Source: Octopus sinensis (lineage: Eukaryota). From it: a stretch of 64,000 bases of DNA. The translations under genes and the position numbers were made by a program. The stretch is from NCBI RefSeq assembly GCF_006345805.1, contig NC_043003.1, forward strand, positions 113,708,001 through 113,772,000, written 5' to 3'. The notes under the pieces were generated by a model. That model was given only the letters and a program-made list of their open reading frames with translations, was not told where the DNA came from and searched no databases. Positions 50,433-63,322 of the stretch are shown here, one piece after another; position 1 is the stretch's first letter, and each line of letters starts with the position of its first letter.

Positions 50433-52249
50433 TTCCTTCACCTTCACCATCCTCTTCAACTGGAATATGAAAAAGCTGGGTTACAAAAGAAAGCGTCTGT
50501 CATCAATCCTATCAGTCATATTTACCATTCAACCTCCTTTGTCTATGCACCACAACCTAACGAATGCAATAGGATGACCATCACAACTGACAGCCCAATC
50601 CATTCTACACTTAAACAATTGATGATAAAAAAAACTTCACCAGCCCCAGTCGTGTTGAGATTTCTGCAAGTCCCTTCTGCAAGTCCCTTAACTGAAACTT
50701 ATCTGAAGCCGGTTGATTCCCTTTCACACTCAGACTTTCCACAAAAGCATCATAGCTCTTCTCCACTACTACACTCCTATAGAGAGCCAATGTGCAAGCA
50801 TTGCTGAATAAATTGGCTCAATTGATACAGAATTCCTTTAGTATTATCTTGAATATTAGAATCCTTTTAGTAGTAACAATGATTTGGTAACATTATTTGT
50901 TGTGTCCTCTTTTTAAGGCACGGCAATTTGCAAGAAATTTATCTGTTATTTTTTCTAGCAGATTGAGTGAGCCCTTTGCCCAGCCATTTGCTTTGGTAAC
51001 TCTAGTGTTGACAATTGAATTAGTGGTTGTGATATCGATGATGATAATCATGAAACAGAGAGGAGGATACTAATGATTTATTACCGTTTGGTAGTTGTAA
51101 TGATGAGAAGTGGGGGACAATAGTTGGTTACACAAATGGTGATGATGATGAAATTATGACAGTGGTGATGACAGGTGATATTGATGATGTCAACAGGATG
51201 ATGATGCTGGTTGTGATCGTGATGATGACAATGATGGTTTAAAATAGTTTCCACCCAGCTAGGCCCAGCTTTACCAAAGCTGTCTGTTCAAAACACACAA
51301 TATGCTTGGAGGATTAGAGAAATTGAGTCCAACCAAGGTTATATCATCAGACACAGAATGTTAAGTACCTTACATTCTTTCTTTCTTCTTTATTTTTCTG
51401 TTTTCTTGTTTGTTCCCACATCTCTCTCTTTTTTTTTTTACTGTTTTTGACTGGCTTAACTTCCTTCCTTAATTTTTTTAATGCACTTTTCTTTTTAATT
51501 TTTCTATCCAGCTTTACAATTTGTGTGCTTAAAGAGTGTCAAAAGTTTTCATCATGGGCATCATTAAAATACCAAAAATCCCCATCACTATCGCAAATAA
51601 TAATAAAAGTAGTAGTAGTAGTTGTTGTAGTAGTTGTTGTAGTAGTAGTGAGCATAGTGGTAATAGTTATTACAGCAGCAGCTCTTGTCCTTAAGAGCTG
51701 AATTAAGAGAGACAAAGTTTAAGATAATTCCAAGACTTGTTCAGTCTCGGAAATTAATACATTACAGAAATCTTAACTGACAGGTAGAAAGAAAAAGGAT
51801 GGGAGAGAGAGAGAGAGAGGGACTGGTAGGCAAAAAAGATTATGGGGGAGATCAGATAAAATATAAAAATCAACACACTGGAAATGGTAGTGTGGTAGAA
51901 TGGCATTGAAAAATAATTTGTATTTAGTTAGGTACATTTATATTGTGAGTTCAAATTCTTTTCAGGAGCAATTTTTACGTCATTTTTATAGATAATAATA
52001 AAAATAAGGTACTAATTAAGTACTGCAGTTGATTTAATCAGCTATTCCTATGTTTATGGACCCAAGTAAACAAAAAAAAACAACAAAAAACAAGCATCAT
52101 TTTTAATGTAGACAAGGTTATGATTAGGGGAGGTGGAGAGGCCTGATGATGATAATTAATTTATCAATTATTATTATTCTAATGCTAATTGAATAAGCAG
52201 GAGTGTTTTCTTGAGGTTTGGTGACAAGTCCCTATTATTATTATTATTA

Positions 52250-52468
52250 TTATTGTGAGCTGGCTGAATCATTAGCATACCCAACAAAATGCTTAGTGGC
52301 ATTTTGTCTGTCATTGCTTTCTGAGTTCAAATTCTGCCGAGGTTGACTTTACCTTTCATCCTTTCAGGGCCAATAATATAGGTACAAGTTGTACACTAGG
52401 GTCAATATAACTGACTAATCCCTTCCCCCAAAGTTTCAGGCCTTGTGCCTATAGTAGAAAAGATGATG

Positions 52469-52500
<32 letters not shown>

Positions 52501-52745
52501 GTTGGCAAGCCGGCTGAATTGTTAGCTCATGGGACAAATACTTAACAGCATTTTTCCTGTCTTTATGTTCTGAGTTCAAATTCAACCCCCCACCCCCACC
52601 CTGAGGTCAACTTTGCTTTCCATCTTTTTATAATCAATAAAGTAAATATCAGTTGCACACTGGGTCAGTGTGATCAACTACCCCACCACCTAGCCCCAAA
52701 TTTCGGGCCTTGTGCATATAGTAGAGAAGATTACTATTATTATTA
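52250..52745 (+). mobile_element. Two head-to-tail SINE B' copies separated by (TTA)n
   Basis: GAGCTGGCTGAATC.. and AAGCCGGCTGAATT.. heads, each preceded by a TTA tract and ending GCCTTGTGC.TATAGTAGA.AAG. Confidence 0.7.
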
Positions 52746-53689
52746 TTAGTAGTAGTAGTAGTTGTTGTAGCAGCAGGTAGTGTTGTTGTTGTTGGTGGTG
52801 GTGGTGGTGCTGATACCCAGATGCAAACCATAGTCAGCACATAATTGGTTTTAAGCGAGATATTTTAATCTCCATCAGATAAAATGATTAAAGTAACATA
52901 AAAGGGGTGGGGATTTTTAAGAAGCTAACATGTTTTAAAAAGAGTAAAATTTGCTTTTGTGTGTGTTTTAATTTCATATTTATAAAAGAGAAAAGGGATT
53001 AAATATTACAATGACAACGAGATTTTTAACAGCCATCATTTCATATTAAAAACATAGCTTTTTCAGGCATAACTAAAATGGAAGAATAAGCCACACAATC
53101 TTCACCTAAATCTTAACAAAGATGTCACTCTTCAAATGCCAAGATAATTCATACTTGGAAAAGTATAGGCTTCAAGCATCTTAACAGAAGAAGAAAAATT
53201 AAGTGGTTTTGCTTGTACCAGAGTAAGGGGTTTGTAAATAAAACATTTTAAGATCTTTTACTGTTGCTGCTGCTCTGATTAACATTAGAAACAAGAGTGG
53301 TTAAGCTGTGGAGACGATGGATTGTGGAACTATACATCGATATGCACACACATTTGTATACGCAAATACATTTACACACACACACACATGCATATACTCA
53401 TACAAATACACACAAATAAATATATACATGTACACATACACACACACAAACAACACAATACGTGTGTATATATGTATGCGCATGTGGGTGTGTGTGTGTA
53501 AATATATATGTACATACATGTGTGTGTTTGTGTACACACTAACACACACACACACACACACAATGTGTGAGGTGTAGTTGAAGACATGTCCAATAGTTTA
53601 ATAAAACAACTTTAATCTATCAAAAGCCAAAATGCATTTTAATAAAATTTTGCACACATGTTCTCAATAAGATTTCTCATAAGAGTATT

Positions 53690-54260
53690 CTATGACTCTG
53701 CCTTCAGCTTTAATGGCTTCTTCAATGTGGGACCAGGATCATTGACATACTTGCACTAAATGGTCCTTATCTATTTTGGATAATTGCAGCCTTCAGTTAT
53801 AGTATTGTGAGAATGTTGATTAGTTTCCCTCTCTTTCAACAATGCTCCACATGTAGAAGTCCTTGGAATTTATATCTGATGAGCTTGAAGGCAACAGGTG
53901 TTTGCATGATCCTTAAGAATTGTCTGGCATCCATTAATGGAACTACATTGTAAGGAGTTGTAGAATCCTATTGAAAGATATATGGCTCTCCATGTTACAT
54001 CCATCCAGAGCTTTACATCTCTCTTCAGCACTGCAATGTGTCCAATAACATTAATTCTAAGACCCTGTAGAAAGATGTAACCTAGCATGACATGGCCTTT
54101 GTTATTTACCATTCCTAAAACCAGAAAAGTTGCTTGAAATTTTGTGTTCCTCACTCTGGAGATGTCAGAAGGGTAACGATCCATCATTTCTGCTGTTAGA
54201 ATTTTGGTCTTGATTGGAGTTTTTCTCATCACAGAAAAACCAAATCATACTGTGTTTGTG
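53690..54260 (-). pseudogene. Decayed Tc1/mariner-superfamily transposase (maT/rosa-like)
   Basis: TKFQATFLVLGMVNNKGHVM..IFLQGLRIN..AVLKRDVKLWMD resembles TKFPASVMVLGVVSxEGHVMPPHFFxxGLRVN..KPWMD; downstream DFYMWSIVERE and EEAIKAEG are frameshifted remnants; no TIRs found. Confidence 0.7.
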
Positions 54261-55028
54261 AGAGCTTTTAAATAACTGCCTGGGCCCAGATCAAATGGTT
54301 TCCTTGTGTCTTTGCAGATATGAACTGGCAACCATACAAAGAAATTTATATTGAATGTCCACGCATGCGTGTGTGGTGGACAGGGGTGCAACCTAGCACT
54401 GTTACTCATTGAACAAATTCTGGTTAGCTCCCACCACTCTACTGATGCCTTACACACCATTTAACATTATTACCTTAGAATTTTTTATCTGTGACAAATC
54501 CAGTTGTTGAATTTTTTTTTAACCTTAGACATTCTGACTACAGTTATTCCCTTTATTTCTCTCTTTATTACATGTATAAAATGAAAATAGGCTTCTTTTT
54601 CTTAGCTTGCTATACAAAGAAAGCTTATAGAAGGCTCTTGTTTAGCACTATCAAGAAACTGATAAGCAAGCAGGCCAGCCAACTTATGTTTGCCCTTGAT
54701 ATTGAGCTGGATGATATGCAGCAAAAACTCTGATTAATGTGATATTGAGGCTTCAACCCAGTGACGGTTGTAGTGTTGTTTATATGGGGCAGGAGTTGCA
54801 TTGTTGGTGAGTGCATTTATATGTATCTGGATGTATGAGGGGAGGGGGATGGGATTGAGGCAGTGTTGCACTTCTCACTAGAAGTTTCTGAGGTTCGTAT
54901 CTACTTTGATGGCAAGGAAAGGCGGTGTGGAGGGAGACTGAAGCAGTTATGGGGTCAGACAGTCTACCCTCACATTCAAAAAAGATAAAACTCATCAGCA
55001 ACTTCCAAATTCTACTTCAGTTTTAATA

Positions 55029-55079
<51 letters not shown>

Positions 55080-55104
55080 TGTATATATCATACATCCGCA
55101 TATA

Positions 55105-55552
55105 GGCGTAGGAGTGGGTGTGTGGTAAGTAGCTTGCTTACCAACCACATGGTTCCGGTTTCAGTCCCACTGCATGGCACCTTGGGCAAGTGTCTTCTAC
55201 TATAGCCTGGGGCCGACCAAAGCCTTGTGAGTGGATTTGGTAGACAGAAACTGAAAGAAGCATGTCGTATATGTATGTATATATATGTTTGTTTGTTTGT
55301 GTGCGTGTGTGTGTGTGTGTATGTTTATGTGTCTGTGTTTGTGTCCCGCCCCCAACATCGCTTGACAACCGTTGCTGGTGTGTTTATGTCTCCGTAACTT
55401 AGCAGTTCGGCAAAAGAGACCGATAGATCAAGTACTAGGCTTACGAAGAATAAGTACTGGGGGTTGATTTGCTCGACTAAAAGGTAGTGCTCCAGCATGG
55501 CCGCAGTCAAATGACTGAAACAAGTAAAAGAGTAAAAAAGGGTAAAAGAGTA
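55105..55552 (+). mobile_element. SINE family A, full length
   Basis: Complete head, central TA/TG tract and tail. Confidence 0.85.
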
Positions 55553-55844
55553 TACAAATATAATAAACATTTATCGCATAATTTTGTTTGTAGACAGAGT
55601 GCGACAGAAGCTACAAATGGAGAGGAAGTAAAATGTAGCAAGCTTTAGTGACAGGTTTTGCAGTTGCTGTTGTAGAAGGTAATTTGATCAATAGGTATTG
55701 GCAAATTTTGTCATAAATTTTGCGAGAAATATATTTTCACTTAATTGCATGGTTTACATCGACTAAAAAAAAAAGGAGGAAAAAAAAAAGAAAGAAAAGA
55801 TGAATACAAAGCATGCAATGTATTGATTTTATATGATGGAGTTT

Positions 55845-55894
<50 letters not shown>

Positions 55895-57011
55895 ATGTAT
55901 AACTTTTGTTGTTTTTTTTATGACTGATTCTTATATGTGAGAATCAATCAATCACTAACAAAGCACAATGCTGGTTATTTGGAAAAAAAAATATTTGCAA
56001 GCAATAGGAAATGGTTTACTGTTCAATTCTTGAGTGGTGTGTGTGTGTGTGTGCGTGTGCACTCGTGTGAAATTAAATATTATCCCTAGTTACAACGCTT
56101 TGTCTTTATTAGAAATAAATTCCTCATAAGATACAAGTGTTATGTATTCCAGTAACATTCCTATATGAACAAGCATCAATATTTCGACAACTATAGAAGT
56201 GTACTACCAAAACACACACACATATATACATTTTCCTCTGAAAAATATAAAAGGTTTCACAGTTGTAAAAATCTCACAGTTATTTATGAATGATTCAAAT
56301 TTTTTTTTCTGTTAAATAAAAAGTGCCAAGTCTTTGTTTAAGAAATTTATCAATGCATTCTTTAATTATTTTGATTCAATGCAGCATTTTTCTGTCAGTA
56401 GTAAAAACTGTTGTCAATTTTGATATGGTTAGGATAATAAAAAATGAACGGACATGAATATATATGCAATGTACAAATGTAAATCACCACCATAATTTAT
56501 ATAATTATCATGAACGACATGTTTATAAACAGCAATAACGTTTCTGGCAAAAACGGTTTAACCTGTATCTCTTTGGAAATGTGTGTGCATGCATGAGAGA
56601 GAGAGAGAGAAAGAGATGAATATTTCCTCAAATGCCAGCAGATTCTTAAGGGCCCCAGCTCCATAGCTTTGTCTAAATGAGAAATATATTTTCCAATAGT
56701 TTAAGGTACCAACCAGTACTATGCATTTAGGAAACATTCTCGTACGAACAAGCATCGAAAAAGCCTGGCAGCAAAGTTAATGGACACAGTATAGAATGAA
56801 GGGTATTGTGAAAACTACAGGAGGAAAATGCCAGTAGTGGATTTGAAATTGCAATCACCCATCTCCATCACATAGATACATACACGCAGGGAGTAGTTAT
56901 AGAAGGGAGCGCGAAGTAACTGTGAAAGATTATTAAAATATGGTGGATGACAGGCAGTCAATGCTATAGTTATAGGGTGCCTAGCTTTCCACTTATGAAA
57001 GATAATACTAC

Positions 57012-57047
<36 letters not shown>

Positions 57048-57372
57048 CAACTGATAAGCAAGTAATTGAGATGTCGCCACACTATCAGTGCTAGTCCCTC
57101 CATTACCCACCAACATCATCACAAATAACATTACCACAACCACTGCTGCCATCACCACCATCCATTACCAAACAGTTCTCCAGTACACTACTTTTGTGCC
57201 TGTAAACATAAGTATTCCCAGCACAGAGAGTTCGTCACTTTGCCAAGCACCCAATTCTTCTTAGTCAATTAATAACACCACATATCGCATGGCTCATGGC
57301 AGAGATTTTGGGTGGCAAATGAGCACAGGGAGGAGGTAAGAATTTTGATATATGATGCAGCACACATATATA

Positions 57373-57409
<37 letters not shown>

Positions 57410-57959
57410 GAAAGTCTTGCAAGGAGAGAAATAGTAATATTAACATATTCCTCCCATAGTTTTGGTGTGCAGAAATGAATGTATGTGTGCGTAGGTCTCC
57501 CACCAAATTGTTTCTTGTATTGTTGACAGGTCCTTGGAGAAAATATTCCTGGTTTCCTCCCCAATTTCATAGGACATTCAACTGTTATATAAAACAAGCA
57601 TAAACTAATCTGCCACCAAAGCAGGTAGCTTAATTTGCATACAGCCAAATACATTAGCGTGTGTGTGTGTGTGTGTGTGTGTTTCTATCTACTTGTCTTG
57701 ATGTTGCATGATTATTGAAAATGAATAACATTTCCAGTATTATGCAAAAACATGTCCGGCCACAGAGGCATATTAACCTTGCTTGGAAAAAGTAAAGGCT
57801 GATGATAGGAAAGGTACTGGCCATAGGAAAACTGTCTCAATAAACTCCACCTCACCTGTACAAGCATGAATGTAATGATGGGGAAGATGATTATTATGAG
57901 TTTTTTTCTCAACTTATTAACATTTTACAGCTGCTGTTAATGTTTCTGGAACATAAAGA

Positions 57960-58350
57960 GAACCCACTACACTGTCAGAGTGGTTGGAATTAGGAAGGTA
58001 GAAACCTTACCAAATAAGAGTGGAGCCTGGTGCAGCCTCCTGGCTTGCCAGTCCTCAATCAAACTATCCAACCAATGCCAGCATGGAAAGGGGACATTAA
58101 CCCTTTTGTTACTGTATCTATTTTGAGATGCTCTGTGTTTCTTTCAATTAATTTTAAATATAACAAAGAATTTAGTAAAATAACTTAGTTATCATTCAGT
58201 TATTGTTAGGAACATGAATTGTGACTAAAGTTTAGTAGAAGATTTTAATTCGAAACTTATGAAAACAAGACATCTGTACTCAGAGCCAGGGCCGGTTTCA
58301 GCCAGGTTGGTAACGAAAGGGTTAAATGACAACGATGATGATGATGGTGA
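57960..58350 (+). mobile_element. Family D LINE 3' end interrupted by a piggyBac-like MITE
   Basis: ..GCATGGAAAGGGGACATTAA|MITE|TTAA ATGACAACGATGATGATG reconstitutes the family D tail. Confidence 0.75.
58101..58321. mobile_element. piggyBac-like MITE, copy 2
   Basis: TTAA|CCCTTTTGTTAC...GGTAACGAAAGGG|TTAA; same length as and homologous to 21153-21373. Confidence 0.85.
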
Positions 58351-58888
58351 TATGTGTGTGTGTGTGTGTGTATTTAGATATTAAGGCTGTTATTGAAAGA
58401 GAGTTAAAATTGCTCACACCTCATTCCCCATGTGCTTTGGACAGAGTGATGAGTTCTGTTTTGTTATTAAGTAATTGAAATTTGATTGAGACCGGAAAAG
58501 AGATAGGAGAGATTCCCGTCACATGGACATTCTGTTAGTCTTTAAATTTTGAGTTCAAATCCTGTCGGGATTCACTTTGCCAGTCATCCCTCCAGGGCTG
58601 ATACTATACACTATGATTTTTTCGTTGACTAGCAACTGATATTTCCTATTTGCTTGTCCCTGGAAAGTATGGAAAATGGTTAATATTTACTTCAAATTTT
58701 GCTTTTGTTACTTTTATTCAAACTCCAAAAAATCCCTCTCAGCACATGGCTGTGATGCTCCCCCACTACCCCTGTTCATAGAGATGCACATATTGTCAGC
58801 CACTGAGGGACATACTGAAGTGGTTAGAGCTAAGCAATTGGCAAGCATATCTGTGGTATTGAGCAGAGTATTTGCTACAATGATATTT

Positions 58889-59205
58889 TGTGGCGGCACA
58901 TGGCCTAGTAGTTAGAGCAGCGGACTCACGGTCAAGGGATCATGGGTTCGAATCTCAGACCGGGCGATGCGTGCATTTATGAGCGAAAACACCTAAGCTC
59001 CATGCGGCTCCGGCAGAAGGTAATGGCGAAACTTCTGCTGACTCTTTCGCCACAACTTTCTCTCACTCGTTCCTCCTGCATCTTGCAGTTCACCTGCGAC
59101 GGACCGGCATCCCATCCAGGTGGGGAACCTATATGCCAAGAAACCAGGAAACCGGCCCTTATGAGCCAGGCATGGCTCGTGAAGGAACAAATAAAAAGAA
59201 AAACA
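58889..59205 (+). mobile_element. SINE family C, tail type V, with 12-bp TSD
   Basis: TSD ACAATGATATTT at 58877-58888 and 59206-59217. Confidence 0.85.
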
Positions 59206-59758
59206 ACAATGATATTTCTACTTAAGCAACTCAGAGCTAAATCTGTCTGAAATGTAATGGGAAATAGAGGACTTACAAAACATTGATGTTGAGGTCACAA
59301 AAATGAAGTTTTAAGGGAATCGTAGCCATTTCCTTTGATTTCTAGACAGAAGCAAATAGGAAATAACACTGACCAAAGACAAAAAATAAAATTACTACCA
59401 TGTAAAATATATATGTGTGTGTGTGTCTATATATATATATATATGTATGTGAATATTTGTGTGTGTGTATACATACATATATATATTTATATATATTTGA
59501 CCTTCGAAACGTGGAGTGGATGAAACAAAGGCGACTGAAGAAGGGGAATTTTCCTAGTGTTATTTGTCCTGTACTCTATTTTTTCGTTGTTTAAGAAAAA
59601 TGTCCAGTTCCTTGGTTTTGTGTTTATGTTTTCGTTTCTCATTGTGTTCGACGTTTTTTTGGTGTCCTGTACCCATATATGCATGTATATATACATGTAG
59701 AGGTAGGTGAGTACATATATGTACATATATATATATGCATATGTTTTATTTATTTATT

Positions 59759-59800
<42 letters not shown>

Positions 59801-60543
59801 GTAGTATATATATTTTTGAACAACTCTGCAAATAAATTGTGTTTTATATATGTATACAGATAGATATACATATATATAAAGCACAATGTTTTCATGATCA
59901 CAGGCATTCTAAAACTGATGTTCTACTGCGTATATATATATATACATGATATATATTTATATTATTTATTTAAAGAGCACAATATATGCACTTAATATAT
60001 GTTGAGAAATACACAAAGTTTCATCACGTGGAAACAACAAGTCATAAAGAACAAGAAAATAGAGAAATAAGAAGAAAGGTAGAAAAAAAACTTAGAAGGC
60101 AACAGATTAGTTGTAGTTATACACATGTACCATGCGTGCCCTTTAAATAAATTGTATTTACCTCTCACCAAAGGGAGAAATATTTTTTTAAATTTTCTAC
60201 CACAGAACAGTACATACATACATACATATATATATATATATATGTGTGTGTGTGTATGTGTGTGTGTGTGTATTATATATTATATAAACGTTATGTATGT
60301 ATGTATGTATGTATGTATATATACATAATGTGTGTATGTATACATATGTATATATGTGTGTGTATATATATATATATTATTTTATGTAGAAAAATACAAA
60401 CTGGGACAAGAACGTAAAACATTAAGAAGACGATACAAAAAAAACCGACAGGACATTCGAAGCCTTCAATCTTCAGTCAAGAACCGGATCATCCTAGCAA
60501 TTTCGGCTATATATATATAATTTGAAACTGACTTATTGGAAGT

Positions 60544-60586
60544 CCACCTGAAGATTGTCGATCAAGACAAGAAACAATTGTAGTGG
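60544..60586 (+). ncRNA. Minimal type-I hammerhead ribozyme (Penelope-type), canonical core
   Basis: CCAC-CTGAAGA-TTGTC(GATCAA)GACAA-GAAA-CAATTG-TA-GTGG: 4-bp stem I, CUGANGA, perfect 5-bp stem II, GAAA, palindromic ACAATTGT stem III, GUA cleavage triplet (after 60582). Confidence 0.75.
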
Positions 60587-60764
60587 CGGTTTTTTTGACT
60601 ATTTATCAAAATTTTATGTATTGATTAAGTCTTTCCTTGTTTGTTTTGCAAAATAGTGGTTTTGTCTCTAATAATATTTTATAATATTTTACTATAAAAT
60701 TGGATTTAATCCTAAATCTGATTTTTTCCCTGTAAATTTGGATTTATTCCCTAATATTTATTAT

Positions 60765-60865
<101 letters not shown>

Positions 60866-61074
60866 AGAATCTATAAAATGAAGAAGGTGAACGTTGACAC
60901 AAATTGGATTTTTATGTAAAAAGGGATCTAAATGGGGCTTGAAGGGAGTTAAAATTTACAGGAGCGGGTAACTTGAGGTGAGAAATTGATTGGGAGATGT
61001 TTTGGGGTGCTACAGTGATTGCTTTGGTGTGAAAACGGGGATTTTATTGATTTTTGGGGACATTTGGGAGTCTA

Positions 61075-61475
61075 GATTGGACTCAATAGGTCTCTAGGTC
61101 TCCTCAAGCACAGCAGTTCACCCCACAATCCAAGGTAAGCACAGCAGGCTGTCGTGCGATCCAAGGTACTTTGAATGGGCTGGGGCTGGTTGTGTGAAGC
61201 TGGTGTAGGATGCACCTATGAACTCACTTTATTTGTCGGGTCTTCATAGTCACAGCACATCTCCAGAGATCTTTGTGTTTTGTCATTAGCACTGTGAGGC
61301 CCAAGGTTCGAAGGTCATGCTTGACCACCTCATCCCATGTCTTCCTGGGTCTACCTCTACCCCAGATTCCTTCAACTGTTTGGGAGTGGCACTTCTTCAC
61401 ATATCTTTACTCGTCCATCCTAAGTACATTACCATACCAGTGCAAACGTCTTTCTTGCATGCCACGATGCTTCTT
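61075..61475 (-). mobile_element. RTE-clade LINE ORF2 C-terminus and 3'UTR
   Basis: GMQERRLHWYGNVLRMDE*RYVKKCHSQTVEGIWGRGRPRKTWDEVVKHDLRTLGLT..KDLWRCAVTMKTRQIK* (61475-61226) contains the RTE RRLxWxGHVxR..GRGRPRKTW motif. Confidence 0.85.
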
Positions 61476-61480
61476 ACGTC

Positions 61481-61805
61481 TGCATGGCACCTTGGGCAAG
61501 TGTCTTCTACTATAGCCTCAGGCCGACCAAAGCCTTGTGAGTGGATTTGGTAGACGGAAACTGAAAGATACTCGTCGTATATATGTATATATATGTGTGT
61601 GTTTGTGTTTGTCCCCCCAACATCGCTTGACAACCGATGCTGGTGTGTTTACGTCCCCGTAACTTAGCAGTTCGATAAAAGAGACCGATAGAATAAGTAC
61701 TAAGCTTACAAAGAATAAGTCCTGGGGTCGATTTGCTCGACTAAAAGGCGGTGCTCCAGCATGGCCACAGGCAAATGACTGAAACAAGTAAAAGAGTAAA
61801 GAGTA
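61481..61805 (+). mobile_element. SINE family A, 5'-truncated; followed by a family D end at ~61868-62016
   Basis: Starts at TGCATGGCACCTTGGGCAAG and runs to the GAGTAAAGAGTA tail. Confidence 0.8.
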
Positions 61806-62268
61806 ATATATGTATATATCTATATGTATATACATATATGCCATGTAAAAAACATCCAGTCTACAATGTAAAGCGGTTGGCATTTGGAAGTGCATCCAGC
61901 TGCAAAACAAATCATGCCAAAACAGAGAGTGAAGCATGGTGCAGTCTTCTGCCTCGCCAGCTCCTGTCCAGCACAGCAGCCCATGGCAGCATGGAAAGCG
62001 GGAGTTAAATGATGATGAATATAAACATGAATATAAACACACACACACATAACATATGAATAGGTGAATGGATGCATTTTACAAATATAAGAACAGCAAA
62101 CCATTTTGTCAGACTAAATAGCTGTTACTGACAGGGAATTTGTGTGTGACATAAGAATACTTAGATAAAATCCAGCCATGTATCTAAAACTCATTAACCT
62201 CTCTCTCTTTATTTGTATAACCATTTATCTGCCTAAATTAATGACTATGATTTGGTATAACTTAGATG

Positions 62269-62679
62269 GGATCTTTTCGATTTGAACGGCAGTTTTTTCT
62301 AGCGGTGTCATATGAAATTGTCACCCATAATTATGACCCTAGTATCGATCTATTGCATTTCAATCTGTTTTAGGGTTAGGGGTGGGAGGAAGGGTATCTT
62401 TTTTTCTTCACAAATGTAAATAAACCCAATCTGTTTCTTAAACGAGGGACATACTCATATGGCACAGAATGTTTTCACCCCAAATAGACGTCATTGATTG
62501 GTTGAAATTGCAGAAATTGAAGAAAAACAACAACAAATATCTTACAAACCATAGAATTTTCTCAATAAAGCCAAGAGAAAAAGATGTTTTATAAACACAT
62601 TCTACCAGTATACGAAGTTTAAAATTTCTTAGTTACCTAGAAATTATATTAAAAACTACCGTTCAAACCGAAAAGATCC
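62269..62679. mobile_element. Merlin-like MITE, copy 3
   Basis: TSD CTTAGATG at 62261-62268 and 62680-62687. Confidence 0.85.
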
Positions 62680-63110
62680 CTTAGATGATATAAGACATTA
62701 TAAGCACTAAATTAAAAATGAGAATATTAAGCAGAAAGCAAACTCTCTGTATCTTAGATAACTATGCCATCAAATAAAGGACAAAGTGTGGCTTGTCTCC
62801 TTCAAATGAAGCTGTTTTTATCAGTGTTGACAATTGACTTACAGAGCAATTACTCTCCAACAAATAAGCTATCAGACACCCACCTAACCTTTTTTTCTAT
62901 CCCAAGGTATTGCCTCTTTTACAGCATGCTTATTGTTTGCTTTGAGGACACTGACAATTCTCACATGTGATATGGTATTTCCTGGCTTTACACAAACAAT
63001 CTGTCTTTTTTTATCATGCAAAGAATTGTAGAGGAATTATCATGTTATTGCCAGCAACAGAGAACAATTTAGAGATGCTAGCTGCTAAGCGCTAATAGAA
63101 GCTAAAGACT

Positions 63111-63167
<57 letters not shown>

Positions 63168-63175
63168 TCACTCAC

Positions 63176-63322
63176 GTTAATACTCTGTGAACCAATCATA
63201 AGTTTGGATGTTGGGGTAGATGGAACAGGAAAGTAAACAGCAATTAGGTAGAGACTCGTGAGGCAACTCCAAAAGATTTCTTTCTCTATTAAAAATGTCT
63301 GTTTGTGTATGTGGATGTATTT
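63176..63322 (-). other. Possible further upstream exon of the minus-strand gene
   Basis: Donor AAC|GTGAGT at 63176/63175 and acceptor TTTTCAG| at 63322 behind a pyrimidine-rich stretch; 147 nt; no recognisable peptide. Confidence 0.25.

Noticed and set aside
55590-55680. Plus-strand acceptor/donor pair
   Set aside because: Closed in all frames and no other plus-strand gene evidence.
12400-59000. tRNA-like heads of SINE families A, B and C as tRNA genes
   Set aside because: A/B-box-like motifs are present but the acceptor and anticodon stems are incomplete and each runs into a SINE body; I could not assign an isotype.
59495-59560. TTCGAAACGT and CTGAAGAAGGGG motifs
   Set aside because: Wrong order and incomplete; at most fragments of two decayed motifs.
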